DNA of 64,000 nt from Clostridium sp. CAG:465 (GCA_000433755.1 FR891275.1:12721-76720), one strand, 5' to 3'; positions 49,316 to 61,742 are shown, counted from the first letter of the stretch. Program-made: numbers and translations. Notes: generated from the letters alone by a model not told the origin.

Positions 49316-50379
49316 TTATTTTCTCCCTTTATTTTTATATCTATACCATACTTTTCTTTTAAATATTTTTTATTTACCTTTTCAGGTCCAACAATTATAG
49401 AGGCATAGTTATTATTAGTATATATATTCATTTTCTTTTTTATATTTTCTTCATATTTTATATTATTTTTAGATATATATTTTTCTATGTCATCTAATAC
49501 TATTTTTGACAATACATATTCAGCAAAATTATCACAAACAGGTCCTAATATTTGTGAATTTGATGATGTTATTTCATCTGTTGTTTGAAGTCCTATTCTA
49601 ATTATCTTAACATCTGTTTTTTTACACTCTTTTAAAATATAATATACTCTTTCAATAGCATCATCTACACTAAGTGGTGTATACTCTTTATTCTCATACA
49701 TTTCATATAATTTACTATCCTTTAATACATATACTGGATAAATTCTTAAGCATTTTGGATTAAGTTTTAATACCTTTTTTATGCTATACACTTCCGTATC
49801 TAAATTACTTCCTGGAAGTCCAACCATAATTTGAATACCTAAATCTATTCCATATAAATGTATTAATCTTGCAGCACGTATGACATCATTCTTAGTATGC
49901 CCTCTTTTAGATATTTCTAATACCTTATCACTCATTGACTGTACTCCAAGTTCAATAGTTTTTACATTATATTTTTTTAAAAATGATAATATTTTAGGTG
50001 ATATATAATCAGGTCTTGTTGAAAGCCTAATACTATCTACTTTTCCTTCTTCAATATAATTATTTGCAATTTTTAAATAATTTTCCTGTAACTTTGTAGG
50101 AATCCCTGTAAAAGATCCTCCAAAAAAAGCAATCTCAATTTTTTTGTTATTTTTATTATTTTTAAAATAATCCAAATGCTCATTAATAATGTTATCCACA
50201 TCATCAACAGTTACACTTGTATCTATTCCTGTTATTTTCCTTTGGTTGCAAAAAACGCACTCATTATTGCAACCTAAATGAGGAATAAAAATTGGAATTG
50301 TGTATTGATTATCCTTATTTGTTATATTATTTAAAATTTTATTTATATCAAGTTTTAAATTATATTCTTTTAATGGCAT
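49312..50379 (-). CDS. radical SAM protein (CNNECVFC CxxxCxxC), probable start at internal ATG 50379
   Basis: Radical SAM core. Conserved position downstream of rnc. Confidence 0.75.
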   Translation of the reverse strand: MPLKEYNLKLDINKILNNITNKDNQYTIPIFIPHLGCNNECVFCNQRKITGIDTSVTVDDVDNIINEHLDYFKNNKNNKKIEIAFFGGSFTGIPTKLQENYLKIANNYIEEGKVDSIRLSTRPDYISPKILSFLKKYNVKTIELGVQSMSDKVLEISKRGHTKNDVIRAARLIHLYGIDLGIQIMVGLPGSNLDTEVYSIKKVLKLNPKCLRIYPVYVLKDSKLYEMYENKEYTPLSVDDAIERVYYILKECKKTDVKIIRIGLQTTDEITSSNSQILGPVCDNFAEYVLSKIVLDDIEKYISKNNIKYEENIKKKMNIYTNNNYASIIVGPEKVNKKYLKEKYGIDIKIKGENK

Positions 50380-51067
50380 ATGCTGCTGCTGCCTGCTCTG
50401 CACTTTTTTTATTTTTTCCAACGCCCTCACCTATCTTTTTGCCATTAAACACAACTTCTACATAAAAAGTTTTGTTATGTTCTGGTCCTTCTTCCTTCAG
50501 AAGTTTGTATTCAATTTTTACACTGCCATTTTTTTGTAAAATTTCTTGTAACTTAGTTTTGTAATCTGTGTTAAAGTCTTTTCCTTCTAATACTTCTTTT
50601 ATTTGAGTACTTAATTTTTTAAGTACAAACTCTTTAGCCTTATCATATCCTCCATCTATATATATGCTTCCAAGAATTGCCTCAAAACAATCAGCAATTA
50701 TTGCATCTTTTTTTGCAACTAAACTTTGTGTTTCACATTTGCCTAAATATATATAATTTTGCAGTCCAATTTCTTTTAACGCTAAACTTAAAGATGTTTC
50801 ACACACTATAGCAGCCCTTTTTTTTGTCATTTCACCTTCGGAATAAACCTTTTTATCATTATATAACATATCTGATATTATATGTTCTAAAATTGCATCT
50901 CCCAAATATTCGATTCTCTCGTTATAATCATTATTACTTGTAATTCCTTTTTCATAAGCATATGATTTATGTGTAAGCGCTAGTTTTAAAAGAGAAATAT
51001 CGTTATATGTATACCCAATTAATTTTTCAACTTTTTTTAGTTTTTGTTCATCAGTCACTTTAAACAC
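50360..51067 (-). CDS. rnc: ribonuclease III
   Basis: RNase III signature ERIEYLGDAILE and a C-terminal dsRBD. Confidence 0.9.
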   Translation of the reverse strand: MFKVTDEQKLKKVEKLIGYTYNDISLLKLALTHKSYAYEKGITSNNDYNERIEYLGDAILEHIISDMLYNDKKVYSEGEMTKKRAAIVCETSLSLALKEIGLQNYIYLGKCETQSLVAKKDAIIADCFEAILGSIYIDGGYDKAKEFVLKKLSTQIKEVLEGKDFNTDYKTKLQEILQKNGSVKIEYKLLKEEGPEHNKTFYVEVVFNGKKIGEGVGKNKKSAEQAAAAYAIKRI

Positions 51068-51269
51068 TTCCTTATTATTAATTCACATATATTATACCTA
51101 AATAATATATTTTTTTCAAGTAAAATGAGATTTTTACTTTACATTTTATGTAAAGTATGATATAATGATTATACATTAGTAATTGTAAAATTTATTTTAA
51201 TAAAAAAATTATTATTCTAAATTCATTTAGAAGTATATATACATATTAAAAAAGAAAGAAGGACTTACT

Positions 51270-51596
51270 ATGAATGAAAAAATCTTTTTTTTGATTGCTT
51301 TTACTGTTATTATTGAGGGACTTTTGATTTTAACAATTAAGTTGGCAATAAAAACCAGCAAACGCACTAAAGAAAAAATCATAATTTCAACCAAATCTAA
51401 CGGTACATATGAGATGAGAATCTCAAGCAAACAAAAAGAGGGAACATTTTTCATCTTCGAAAGAGAAGACGAGATTATAAGTTTTTTGCAAAATAGGTAT
51501 CACTTAAACACCTGCATATCTTTCGATGGCGAGAAATTATCATTAGCCGACCTTAAGAAAAATTTATTAAAAAAGCAACAAAATCCTCAGACTTAA
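51270..51596 (+). CDS. hypothetical small membrane protein (108 aa), opposite strand between acpP and rnc
   Basis: RBS GAAGGA 7 nt upstream, N-terminal TM helix, terminator hairpin at about 51586-51612. Confidence 0.4.
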   Translation: MNEKIFFLIAFTVIIEGLLILTIKLAIKTSKRTKEKIIISTKSNGTYEMRISSKQKEGTFFIFEREDEIISFLQNRYHLNTCISFDGEKLSLADLKKNLLKKQQNPQT

Positions 51597-51619
51597 TTGT
51601 CTGGGGATTTTATTATACT

Positions 51620-51862
51620 CTATACATTTTCTTTTATATAATCAACTACATCTCCAACAGTAGAAATTTTCTCTGCTTCTACTTCTGGAATTTCCATATC
51701 AAACTCTTCTTCAAATGCCATTATAAGTTCAACAACATCTAAAGAGTCCGCTCCTAAATCATCTATAAAAGTAGTTTCAGATGTAATTGTATCTAAATCA
51801 TCAATTCCTAATTGTTCAGCTATAACATCTTTCACTCTACTGAAGATTTCATTTTCGTCCAT
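51620..51862 (-). CDS. acpP: acyl carrier protein
   Basis: [20 protein letters not shown] phosphopantetheine-attachment motif. Confidence 0.9.
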   Translation of the reverse strand: MDENEIFSRVKDVIAEQLGIDDLDTITSETTFIDDLGADSLDVVELIMAFEEEFDMEIPEVEAEKISTVGDVVDYIKENV

Positions 51863-52050
51863 ATAAATTACCTCCTCAATAAATTTTACATCTCTATTAT
51901 CTAATATTTACGTAATATTGTCAATAGTATTACATATATTTTTTTATTTTTTATATATTTTACTTTTTCGACAAAATTTATTATATCTACTTTACTATAT
52001 GAAAGAAAAGAAAAGTTGTTAAAAAAACAGAGCATAAGCTCTGTTTTTAA

Positions 52051-53253
52051 TTATTCTATTATGTTAGATACTGAACCAGATCCAACTGTTCTTCCACCTT
52101 CACGAATAGCGAATTTTAATCCTTTTTCAATTGCTATTGGAGTGATAAGTTTAGCTTTGATTGTTACATTATCACCAGGCATTACCATTTCTTTATCTTT
52201 TGGTAATTCGATTACACCTGTAACATCAGTTGTTCTGAAATAGAATTGTGGTCTATATCCTTGGAAGAATGGAGTATGTCTTCCACCTTCTTCTTTTGTT
52301 AGGATATATACTTCAGCTTCAAATTCAGTATGTGGATGTATAGAACCAGGTTTAGCGATAACTTGACCTCTTTGGATTTCATCTCTTTGAACACCTCTTA
52401 AAAGTAGTCCAGCGTTATCTCCACATTCAGCTTCATCAAGTGATTTTCTGAACATTTCAATACCTGTTACAACTGTCTTTTTAGGAGTATCTACAAGACC
52501 AACGATTTCAACTTCTTCACCAAGTTTTAATACACCTTTTTCGATTCTACCTGTAGCAACTGTTCCTCTACCAGTAATTGTAAATACATCCTCAACTGGC
52601 ATTAGGAATGGTTTATCAGTATCTCTAGTTGGTTCAGGAATGTATTCGTCTATAGCATTTAGAAGTTCTTTAATACAAGCGTATTCTGGAGCCTCTGGAT
52701 CTTTAGATTCACATTCTAGAACTTTAAGAGCAGAACCTTTTATTATAGGAGTTGTATCTCCTGGGAAATCATATTTAGATAATAGATCTCTTATATCCAT
52801 TTCAACTAATTCTAATAGTTCTGGATCGTCAACCATATCACATTTGTTCATGAAAACAACTATATATGGAACACCAACTTGTCTTGCAAGTAGTATATGC
52901 TCTCTTGTTTGAGGCATAGGACCATCTGCAGCAGAAACAACTAGGATTGCACCATCCATTTGTGCAGCACCTGTGATCATGTTTTTAACATAGTCAGCAT
53001 GTCCTGGACAGTCAACGTGTGCATAGTGTCTCTTATCTGTTTCATATTCTACGTGTGATGTAGAAATAGTGATTCCTCTTGCTTTTTCTTCTGGTGCATT
53101 ATCAATTTGGTTATAATCACTAAATTGAGCTTCACCTTTTAAACTACAATATTTAGTTATTGCAGCTGTAAGAGTAGTTTTACCATGGTCAACGTGACCA
53201 ATAGTACCAATATTAACGTGTGGTTTAGTTCTTTCAAACTTTGCTTTTGCCAT
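52051..53253 (-). CDS. tuf: elongation factor Tu
   Basis: [14 protein letters not shown] and NKCD GTPase motifs, 400 aa. Confidence 0.97.
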   Translation of the reverse strand: MAKAKFERTKPHVNIGTIGHVDHGKTTLTAAITKYCSLKGEAQFSDYNQIDNAPEEKARGITISTSHVEYETDKRHYAHVDCPGHADYVKNMITGAAQMDGAILVVSAADGPMPQTREHILLARQVGVPYIVVFMNKCDMVDDPELLELVEMDIRDLLSKYDFPGDTTPIIKGSALKVLECESKDPEAPEYACIKELLNAIDEYIPEPTRDTDKPFLMPVEDVFTITGRGTVATGRIEKGVLKLGEEVEIVGLVDTPKKTVVTGIEMFRKSLDEAECGDNAGLLLRGVQRDEIQRGQVIAKPGSIHPHTEFEAEVYILTKEEGGRHTPFFQGYRPQFYFRTTDVTGVIELPKDKEMVMPGDNVTIKAKLITPIAIEKGLKFAIREGGRTVGSGSVSNIIE

Positions 53254-53379
53254 TTTAAAATTCCTCCTTAATTACTACTTTTAATGCATATAGCATTAAC
53301 TTTGGTAATATTTTACTACATTTTAAATTAATTTGCAATACATTTATTCGTTTTTTATGTTTTTTTTAATTTTTAGACA

Positions 53380-55464
53380 TTAATTGTCTTTTTTTGTTCT
53401 TTGTGCAACAATTGTTTCAAGAACAGATTTTGGAACTTCTTCATAATGAGATGGTTCCATAGAGTAAACTCCTCTACCTTGTGTTCTAGATCTTAAATCT
53501 GTAGCATATCCAAACATTTCAGATAGTGGAATAAATGAGTGAATAGTTGTAGTTCCTTGAACTGTATCCATTCCTTCCATTCTACCACGTCTAGAGTTAA
53601 CATCTCCGATAACATCTCCCATGTATTCTTCTGGAACAATGATATCAACTTTCATTATTGGTTCTAATAATACTGCTCCACCTTGACGGCAAGCTTCTTT
53701 TAGAGCCATAGATCCAGCAATATGGAAAGCTGCTTCAGATGAGTCAACGTCATGATATGAACCATCAACAAGTGCAACTTTAATATCTACAACAGGATAT
53801 CCTGCTAAAATACCAGCTTTCATTGCATCTTGAACACCTTCGTCTGTTGGTTTAACATATTCCTTAGGAACAACACCACCAACAATTTTAGATGTAAATT
53901 CATAACCTTTTCCTGGTTCATTTGGTTCAACTTCTAACCAAACATCACCATATTGTCCTCTACCACCAGATTGTCTTATAAATTTACCTTGAACCTTAAC
54001 AGGTTTTCTGATAGTTTCTTTATATGCAACTTGTGGTTTACCAACATTAGCTTCTACTTTAAATTCTCTTTTCATTCTATCAACTATGATATCAAGATGT
54101 AATTCACCCATACCAGCGATGATAGTTTGACCAGTTTCTTGATCAGTATATGCTTTAAATGATGGATCTTCCTCAGCTAGTTTTTGTAAAGCTAAGTCCA
54201 TTTTATCTTGGTCAGCTTTAGTTTTTGGTTCAATTGCAACATCTATAACAGGTTCTGGGAACTCAATAGATTCAAGTATTATTGGAGCGTTTTCATCACA
54301 TAAAGTATCTCCAGTAGATACATCTTTTAGTCCAACCGCACAAGCTATGTCTCCGGCATATACCTTTGTTATATCTTGTCTGTTATTAGCATGCATTTGA
54401 ATAAGTCTTCCTATTCTTTCCTTTTTGCCTTTATTAGCATTTAATACATAAGAACCACTTTCTAATGTTCCTGAATAAACTCTAAAGAAAGTTAATTTTC
54501 CAACATATGGATCAGTCATTATTTTGAAAGCAAGTGCTGCAAATGGTTGATCGTCTGCTGAAATTCTTTCTTCTTCAGTTCCATCTTCTAGTACACCTTT
54601 TATATGAGGTATATCAGTTGGAGCTGGCATATAATCAACAATGTTATCAAGTAATTCTTGAACACATTTGTTTTTATATGAACTTCCGCAAGTTACTGGA
54701 ACTATTGTATTAGCTATTGTTCCTTTTCTAAGACCTTTTTTGATTTCTTCTTCAGTAAGTTCTTCACCCATTAAATATTTTTCCATTAATGCGTCATCTT
54801 GTTCTGCAACAGCTTCTACAAGTTTTGTTCTATATTCTTCAGCTAATTCTTTTAAATCATCTGGAATTGGTTCACGTCTAACATCTTTTCCAAGATCGTC
54901 ATAGTGAATACAAGCATCCATTTTAACTAAATCAACTAGTCCTTTAAAAGTATCTTCTTTACCAATTGGTATAGCAATTGGTACTGCATTAGCTTGTAAT
55001 CTTTCTTTTAATTGTTTTACACAGTTAAAGAAATCAGCTCCTGTAATATCCATTTTATTTACATATACCATTCTTGGAACGTTATATTTGTTTGCTTGTC
55101 TCCAAACAGTTTCAGATTGTGGTTGAACTCCACCTTTTGCACAAAGTACAGTAACTGAACCATCTAGGACTCTAAGAGATCTTTCAACTTCTATTGTAAA
55201 GTCAACGTGTCCTGGTGTATCAATAATGTTAATTCTGTTATTATTCCAGTAACATGTTGTAGCAGCAGAAGTTATTGTTATACCTCTTTCTTGTTCTTGA
55301 GCCATCCAGTCCATTGTAGCTCCACCATCATGAACTTCACCTATTTTATGAGTTTTACCTGTATAAAATAGAATTCTTTCAGTAGTAGTAGTTTTACCAG
55401 CATCAATGTGTGCCATGATACCGATATTTCTTGTCCTCTCAAGAGGATATTCTCTACCTGCCAT
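53380..55464 (-). CDS. fusA: elongation factor G
   Basis: [17 protein letters not shown] and NKMD motifs, 694 aa. Confidence 0.97.
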   Translation of the reverse strand: MAGREYPLERTRNIGIMAHIDAGKTTTTERILFYTGKTHKIGEVHDGGATMDWMAQEQERGITITSAATTCYWNNNRINIIDTPGHVDFTIEVERSLRVLDGSVTVLCAKGGVQPQSETVWRQANKYNVPRMVYVNKMDITGADFFNCVKQLKERLQANAVPIAIPIGKEDTFKGLVDLVKMDACIHYDDLGKDVRREPIPDDLKELAEEYRTKLVEAVAEQDDALMEKYLMGEELTEEEIKKGLRKGTIANTIVPVTCGSSYKNKCVQELLDNIVDYMPAPTDIPHIKGVLEDGTEEERISADDQPFAALAFKIMTDPYVGKLTFFRVYSGTLESGSYVLNANKGKKERIGRLIQMHANNRQDITKVYAGDIACAVGLKDVSTGDTLCDENAPIILESIEFPEPVIDVAIEPKTKADQDKMDLALQKLAEEDPSFKAYTDQETGQTIIAGMGELHLDIIVDRMKREFKVEANVGKPQVAYKETIRKPVKVQGKFIRQSGGRGQYGDVWLEVEPNEPGKGYEFTSKIVGGVVPKEYVKPTDEGVQDAMKAGILAGYPVVDIKVALVDGSYHDVDSSEAAFHIAGSMALKEACRQGGAVLLEPIMKVDIIVPEEYMGDVIGDVNSRRGRMEGMDTVQGTTTIHSFIPLSEMFGYATDLRSRTQGRGVYSMEPSHYEEVPKSVLETIVAQRTKKDN

Positions 55465-55491
55465 TTATTCTTCCTCCTTTTTATCTTAGGA

Positions 55492-56001
<510 letters not shown>

Positions 56002-56081
56002 TCAAAAAGGTACTCAAAAACTTTAATTTCTGTAAGGGGCTAGAGTTTAATTTATTTTAAACTTAAGCACCTACTCTTATT

Positions 56082-56498
56082 TTATTTTTTCTTTGCTCTT
56101 TTTGCACCATATTTTGATTTTGCTTGTACTCTGTCTGCAACACCTGCAGTATCAAGTACACCTCTTACAATGTGGTAACGTACACCTGGTAGGTCTTTTA
56201 CTCTTCCACCTCTAATTAAAACAACACTGTGTTCTTGTAGGTTATGACCAATTCCTGGAATATATGCTGTTACTTCCATTGTATTAGAAAGTCTAACTCT
56301 GGCTACTTTACGTAAAGCTGAGTTTGGCTTTTTAGGAGTTTGTGTTTTTACAACTGTACAAACACCTCTTTTTTGTGGAGAAGATTGATTAGTAGCAGAT
56401 TTTGTACGAGAATTGTATCCTCTTTGTAATGCTGGTGATTTTGATTTTGTTACTTTATCTTGTCTTCCCTTTCTTACTAATTGGCTAAATGTAGGCAC
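56082..56498 (-). CDS. rpsL: 30S ribosomal protein S12
   Basis: [12 protein letters not shown]... and [10 protein letters not shown] motif. Confidence 0.95.
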   Translation of the reverse strand: MPTFSQLVRKGRQDKVTKSKSPALQRGYNSRTKSATNQSSPQKRGVCTVVKTQTPKKPNSALRKVARVRLSNTMEVTAYIPGIGHNLQEHSVVLIRGGRVKDLPGVRYHIVRGVLDTAGVADRVQAKSKYGAKRAKKK

Positions 56499-56731
56499 TC
56501 TAAGTTCACCTTCCTTTCCTTTTTACTTGCATTACACAAGTAGTTTAATTATACTCTAAAATACATAAAAAGTCAATAAAAAATAGGAAATTTATAAATT
56601 AATATAACATAACATTTACATTTGGTTCCTTTATAACAATACCGCACTCACTCAATACTTTATATGTGGTGTTTTTTAAAAAAATAAAGGTAAAAGTTAT
56701 ATTTAAAGATGTTTATATACAATAATTTTTA

Positions 56732-57088
56732 ATGTATAATTTTATTGGTGGTAATATGAAAAGAATAGAAGAGCAAAATGTTATAATAGGAAAAAAACTA
56801 AAAGAATACAGAGAAAATAGAGGATACACGCAAGAAGAAGTTGCAAAAGAAATAGAGGTAAATCCAAAACATTATGGAAGAATAGAAAGAGGAGAGAATT
56901 CTTGCACAGTTTCAAACCTTATAACTCTATGTAATTTACTTGGTATCAGTACAGAAGATATTATGGGGTCTCTTACGTACACAAAACCCGATAACGGAAT
57001 AAGTAATGATTTTCAAAAATTAACCATTGAAGATAAATTATCTGTATCAAATTATATAGAATTTTTAATTTCAAGGTATAAAAATTAA
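56732..57088 (+). CDS. XRE-family HTH transcriptional regulator (probable start at MKRIEEQ, about 56756)
   Basis: HTH region LKEYRENRGYTQEEVAKEIEVNPKHYGRIERGEN. Confidence 0.6.
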   Translation: MYNFIGGNMKRIEEQNVIIGKKLKEYRENRGYTQEEVAKEIEVNPKHYGRIERGENSCTVSNLITLCNLLGISTEDIMGSLTYTKPDNGISNDFQKLTIEDKLSVSNYIEFLISRYKN

Positions 57089-57118
57089 AATTTCTATTAT
57101 TGTGGAGGCTTATATTTA

Positions 57119-57430
57119 ATGTTAATAGATGTAAACCAAACTATATCAGAGAAAAAAAACGAATTTGAAATATTGTATGAAAATAAGAGCATATATACTG
57201 CAACTCTACCTTTTATAAACATAATCGGAAGTTTTAATTTAGAAAATCTTAGAAAAATAAAAGTATATGATAAAAACAGTAATTTAAAATATAAAACAGA
57301 GTATAATTATGTTGATAATCAACTAGAAGAATTTATTCCATTTAAATATTTAATAACCAATTCTCAAAAATTTTATCAACTAAAGTTCATTAATCAAAAT
57401 AATAATGAAAATGATGTGTCAATTTTTTGA
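57119..57430 (+). CDS. hypothetical protein (103 aa)
   Basis: ORF with RBS GGAGG. A 39-aa ORF (57432..57551) follows in another frame. Confidence 0.35.
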   Translation: MLIDVNQTISEKKNEFEILYENKSIYTATLPFINIIGSFNLENLRKIKVYDKNSNLKYKTEYNYVDNQLEEFIPFKYLITNSQKFYQLKFINQNNNENDVSIF

Positions 57431-57610
57431 AATGAAGGAAGTTTGGAATGGTTATTATGTAATTAAATACAAAGATGTATTTATAATTGTTTTTCAATTG
57501 AAGATGGATACATTAGACATATATGTATATATAAAGATGAAATTCAAATAGCTAAATTATTAAAGCCTAATGTAGTAATAGACGGGAAGGACGAATATAG
57601 AATTTATTTA

Positions 57611-57934
57611 ATGGATGAATATAATTATTTAAGTGATTCTTTATCGCTATTTGAATTATATTTAGATAGAACCGAATATAATTCAAGTTATTTAAAAATT
57701 AATAGTAAGATTGTGAGTAAAGAAATCTCATATTCAAAAGTGAATAAATATTATAATCCAAATTGGGTAAAAAACAATATCAATGCAGAAGATTACTTTA
57801 ATAAAATAAATCAAGAAGTCAACAAAACAAAAAATGAAATCATGAAAAGGTTTAAAACGCTAATGATAATGATGGGACTTGGATTTGGAATATGTATAAT
57901 CATTACCATTTTATTGTTAATTATATTATTATAA
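57611..57934 (+). CDS. hypothetical protein with C-terminal TM anchor (107 aa)
   Basis: ORF with a hydrophobic C-terminus (LMIMMGLGFGICIIITILLLIILL). Confidence 0.4.
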   Translation: MDEYNYLSDSLSLFELYLDRTEYNSSYLKINSKIVSKEISYSKVNKYYNPNWVKNNINAEDYFNKINQEVNKTKNEIMKRFKTLMIMMGLGFGICIIITILLLIILL

Positions 57935-57988
57935 ATATGATATTTAGAAAAAATCAACTTATTGCAAACCAATAAGTTGATTTTTTTG

Positions 57989-60454
57989 TTATAAATTAAC
58001 GTCTATATTAGGAATACTTACTGAAAGACTTACCTTCTTATCTCTGTATGAACACTTATATTGATAACTATTTTTATTGTTACCATCTAAGTTGTTATAT
58101 AGCTTTGTTCTTTTAACATCAATATACTGTTGATTTCCTCCATAATTACTATCATATACTTCAAATTTAATATGATTATCATCGTTTATATCTATTAAAA
58201 TTTTCTGTAAACATACTGTGTAATTATCATTTAAAACAATTAATGGTACTTCGCCTTTATTCATAATATCTACAATATAATTAAAGGCTTTATCAGGTTC
58301 GCTTTCAAGTGACAATCTTTCATCTCTATTTTTTAAGATGTCAAGCCTATAAATAGCATTTACAAACTCTTTATCTTCATCTTCAAGAGTACTTTTATCT
58401 TTTTCATTTTCATTATCTGAAAAATCATTATTTAAAATATAATTTTCATATTTTTTAAACCCTGAATTAGAATCTGAATAATCTAAATAGTAATATGAGA
58501 ATCCATAATCATTCAAGTCTTTTTTATAATCTTTAGATATTTCAAGTACTCCATTATTTACAGATGTAGACATGAAATCTTTTGGAACACTTTTCATGAA
58601 AGATAAATTTTCTAAGTCATACTCATAAAGTAAAGAATATTTTGTATCCTTATCTACTTCGATTTCATAACCTGAAGCTTTTTCAGTTTCTCCAGTTTCT
58701 CTATTTTTTACAGATATACTACTCATTTTTGAAGGTAGTTTATTTTCAAAGTATAATTTTGAAAATAATGACATTCCATAAGTAGCTCCATAATTATTAG
58801 TCGTAGTTGAAAAGTTTTCTATAGGCATTCCATTCTTTTTAGACAAGAATTCATTATTTTTATATATTATACAATCATCATTTGAATCTTTATCAAAATC
58901 TACAAATCCATAGTTTATATCTGATGCTATAAGTTCAAACACATCTTCAAGGACTTCTGAACTTGATGCGTAATAATATTTTCCTCCTGTTTGGTTAGAT
59001 ATTTTTTCTAAAACCTCTGTATCAAGCTCATCTCCAAGTCCAATTGTAAACACCTTAACTCCTTTTAATTTAGCATCTGCTATAGCTCTTTCTGTTTTTT
59101 TCTCATCATATCCTGATACTCCAGTAGTATCTTTACCATCTGTAAGCAGAATAATATATTTTCTTGTATCATTATTTGTTGTATTAAATTGTTTTAGTCC
59201 TCCTTCAAGTGCATTTCCGATATACGTTCCTGTAAACTTTTCTGTTAATGTTTTTATACTATTTATTTTTTCTTTAACTTTTTCTTTATCATTTGTTAAT
59301 GGACAAAGTTCTTCATACTCATATGTAAATTTGCCAGCTCCAAATTTATAATTACCTTTTAATTTATCAATTATTCTATTTGATAAATCTACTCTTTTAA
59401 ACTGAGTATCATTTTCTTCACTTCCATCAACCATTTCTTGAGGGTACATTGAACCAGAATTATCTATAACAAACATTAACTCCGTTGAAACATTTTCTTT
59501 CATTTTTGAAGAGTCTGCTATAAAATACTTTCCTGAATCAGTTATACTCGCTGTTACTTTACTATTTGCAGTATCAACTTTAGAATTTTGTTTTACAAAT
59601 TTATTAGAATCTATATCAAGTTTATATATTGATAACGAATTTTCATCTAAACCTTTGCTAGATACTATACTTTTATCATAATTAATTAATAGATTAGCTG
59701 TATTTATTGTACCATAAGTTTTTACACTATAGACTTTAGAAACTACAGCATCAACTTCATTTATAGTTTTTAAATCATACATATCAACTGTAGTATTAGT
59801 TATATTATCTGTTCCATTAATTTGAACTTCAGCCCCTATTTTTTCCAATTTTAAATCATAGTTTAGATTTCTTTCATCATCTTGAATTCCATCACTTTTA
59901 CTTTCTTTCTCACTTGGATTTAATCCTAATACCGTCTCAGTTCCATCATTTACAATATCGCCATCTGTATCTAAGCTATTGGCATCTGTATTTGTTTTTT
60001 CATTTTCATAAGTATCACTTAATCCATCTTCATCAGTATCAATATATTTAATATTTTCGTTACTTTGTAATGTAAGATCTCCTAATTTATTAGTTAAAAC
60101 TGTAACATTTTTAGCTTTTACTTTATTTCCCGCTGTAACTTTAATTGTGTATGTTCCCTCTTCTTTTGGAAGCTCCCAAATAACTTCACTTCCCTTTGTT
60201 GTATTTAATGATCCTGCTGACACTTGCCAATTAAGTTCAAATTTGTCTTCAGATTTATTTTTAGCTTGTGCCCCAATTTTTATTTCATTAGACATTGTTG
60301 CAATTATTCCTGAATCATCACCCGTGAATGATATTTTTATAGGGTTATATACTGCTGAAAAAATAACAAGTCCAATAATTAAAGCTGCTATACAACCAAC
60401 AATAATTAAAATTATTTTTTTATAATCATCCCATATTTCTTGTATTATTTCCAT
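57989..60454 (-). CDS. large surface protein: N-terminal TM helix, Ig-like region, thrombospondin type-3-like Ca-binding repeats, von Willebrand factor A domain, C-terminal unknown domain
   Basis: vWA MIDAS motif MFVIDNSGSMYP...T...LLTDGKDTTG. Asp-rich repeats DTDEDGLSDTYE / DTDGDIVNDGTE. 821 aa. Confidence 0.8.
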   Translation of the reverse strand: MEIIQEIWDDYKKIILIIVGCIAALIIGLVIFSAVYNPIKISFTGDDSGIIATMSNEIKIGAQAKNKSEDKFELNWQVSAGSLNTTKGSEVIWELPKEEGTYTIKVTAGNKVKAKNVTVLTNKLGDLTLQSNENIKYIDTDEDGLSDTYENEKTNTDANSLDTDGDIVNDGTETVLGLNPSEKESKSDGIQDDERNLNYDLKLEKIGAEVQINGTDNITNTTVDMYDLKTINEVDAVVSKVYSVKTYGTINTANLLINYDKSIVSSKGLDENSLSIYKLDIDSNKFVKQNSKVDTANSKVTASITDSGKYFIADSSKMKENVSTELMFVIDNSGSMYPQEMVDGSEENDTQFKRVDLSNRIIDKLKGNYKFGAGKFTYEYEELCPLTNDKEKVKEKINSIKTLTEKFTGTYIGNALEGGLKQFNTTNNDTRKYIILLTDGKDTTGVSGYDEKKTERAIADAKLKGVKVFTIGLGDELDTEVLEKISNQTGGKYYYASSSEVLEDVFELIASDINYGFVDFDKDSNDDCIIYKNNEFLSKKNGMPIENFSTTTNNYGATYGMSLFSKLYFENKLPSKMSSISVKNRETGETEKASGYEIEVDKDTKYSLLYEYDLENLSFMKSVPKDFMSTSVNNGVLEISKDYKKDLNDYGFSYYYLDYSDSNSGFKKYENYILNNDFSDNENEKDKSTLEDEDKEFVNAIYRLDILKNRDERLSLESEPDKAFNYIVDIMNKGEVPLIVLNDNYTVCLQKILIDINDDNHIKFEVYDSNYGGNQQYIDVKRTKLYNNLDGNNKNSYQYKCSYRDKKVSLSVSIPNIDVNL

Positions 60455-60463
60455 AATTTCCTC

Positions 60464-61675
60464 CTACTTATTTGCAAGTAAAATATATGTATTTAAAACG
60501 TTATAATAGTTAAATCTACTTGCATTTTTGTCTACATATTTTTCATACTTATCGTCCTGAAATACATAAACCATTTTATCAGGAACAGAATTTACTTTTG
60601 AATCTACAGCAAATTCAATCAAGTTATCGTTTTCATTTTCATCTAAAATTTTTTTCAATTTAGAAACAAAATTTTCTCCCGAAGTGATATACTTTCCTTT
60701 TTTTATATAATAATTATATTTATCTGAATTTGCATGTGGTAAATTTTCCTCCTTATCAATAGTATTACTGCTCTTTATTTGTTCTGTTGTTATGTTAAAA
60801 TACGAATGAATAATCTCTTCAGAATTATTTGTTTCGTTTTTCACAGATTTATTCGATGTAATATCAACATGATACCACTCGTCATCTAAATTTACCATAT
60901 TCCATTCATGTGCCTGATCTTTAATATTTCCTGTGATAACTATATTTTTAATTCCAACTTTATCTAATGCTATCATTAATGTTTTAGATAATCCATCACA
61001 TACAGCTTTATGTGATACTAAGCATCCATATATACTATGACATTCGTCAGGCACCTGGTTTATATCTGTATATTTATAATAAGTAGCAATTTTACATATT
61101 TGGTCATGCAAATATAATTCTGCATCAAATTTATCCATTGTTTTTGCTTCAGAAATAATTGGATTTAATATACTATTTATTTCTGCTATTTTTTTATTTA
61201 ATTCAAGTTCATCTGAAATGTTATAATTAATTTCAATTTCTATCCTTTTTGAACTGACTAAATCAATAGTTGAGACTGTATATTCGTTATTTACGTAAAA
61301 AACCTCAGGATGGTCTAAAAAGAAATTTTCCATTGCTTTTTTTGCATCAGTCATAATATTATTATCATCAATATAATTATATTCTTTTACCTTTGCTTTT
61401 TTATTTAAGTTTTTTACAGCTATTGCTACTGCTTTATATATATTTTTTTGATTTTCATTTAATAAATTATAGTAAAAAGTAGAATTTTCAGGTTGCAGTT
61501 CATTAATCTTAATTTCACTAACATCCTCTGGTATTTCATAATCCCCTGTTACTTTATCATACACATCTTCAGCACTTATCACTATTTGATTTGCAAAGTT
61601 TTTATTTAATAAAATAAAAGCTGTAAACAAAATAAAAAGGAGTGTAACTATAATTGTAAATATTTTTTTAATCAT
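60464..61675 (-). CDS. secreted/membrane-anchored transglutaminase-like (TGc) cysteine protease-fold protein
   Basis: N-terminal signal/TM. Cys-His-Asp triad context KAVCDGLSK ... AHEWNMV ... WYHVD. 403 aa. Confidence 0.8.
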   Translation of the reverse strand: MIKKIFTIIVTLLFILFTAFILLNKNFANQIVISAEDVYDKVTGDYEIPEDVSEIKINELQPENSTFYYNLLNENQKNIYKAVAIAVKNLNKKAKVKEYNYIDDNNIMTDAKKAMENFFLDHPEVFYVNNEYTVSTIDLVSSKRIEIEINYNISDELELNKKIAEINSILNPIISEAKTMDKFDAELYLHDQICKIATYYKYTDINQVPDECHSIYGCLVSHKAVCDGLSKTLMIALDKVGIKNIVITGNIKDQAHEWNMVNLDDEWYHVDITSNKSVKNETNNSEEIIHSYFNITTEQIKSSNTIDKEENLPHANSDKYNYYIKKGKYITSGENFVSKLKKILDENENDNLIEFAVDSKVNSVPDKMVYVFQDDKYEKYVDKNASRFNYYNVLNTYILLANK

Positions 61676-61742
61676 ATCTTCACCTACATTATATATTTTA
61701 ATATATAATTAAAACAAATTCAATAATTTATCAAAATATATA

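Noticed and set aside
51227-51454. Minus-strand 75-aa ORF
   Set aside because: It overlaps the better-supported plus-strand gene 51270..51596 and has no RBS.
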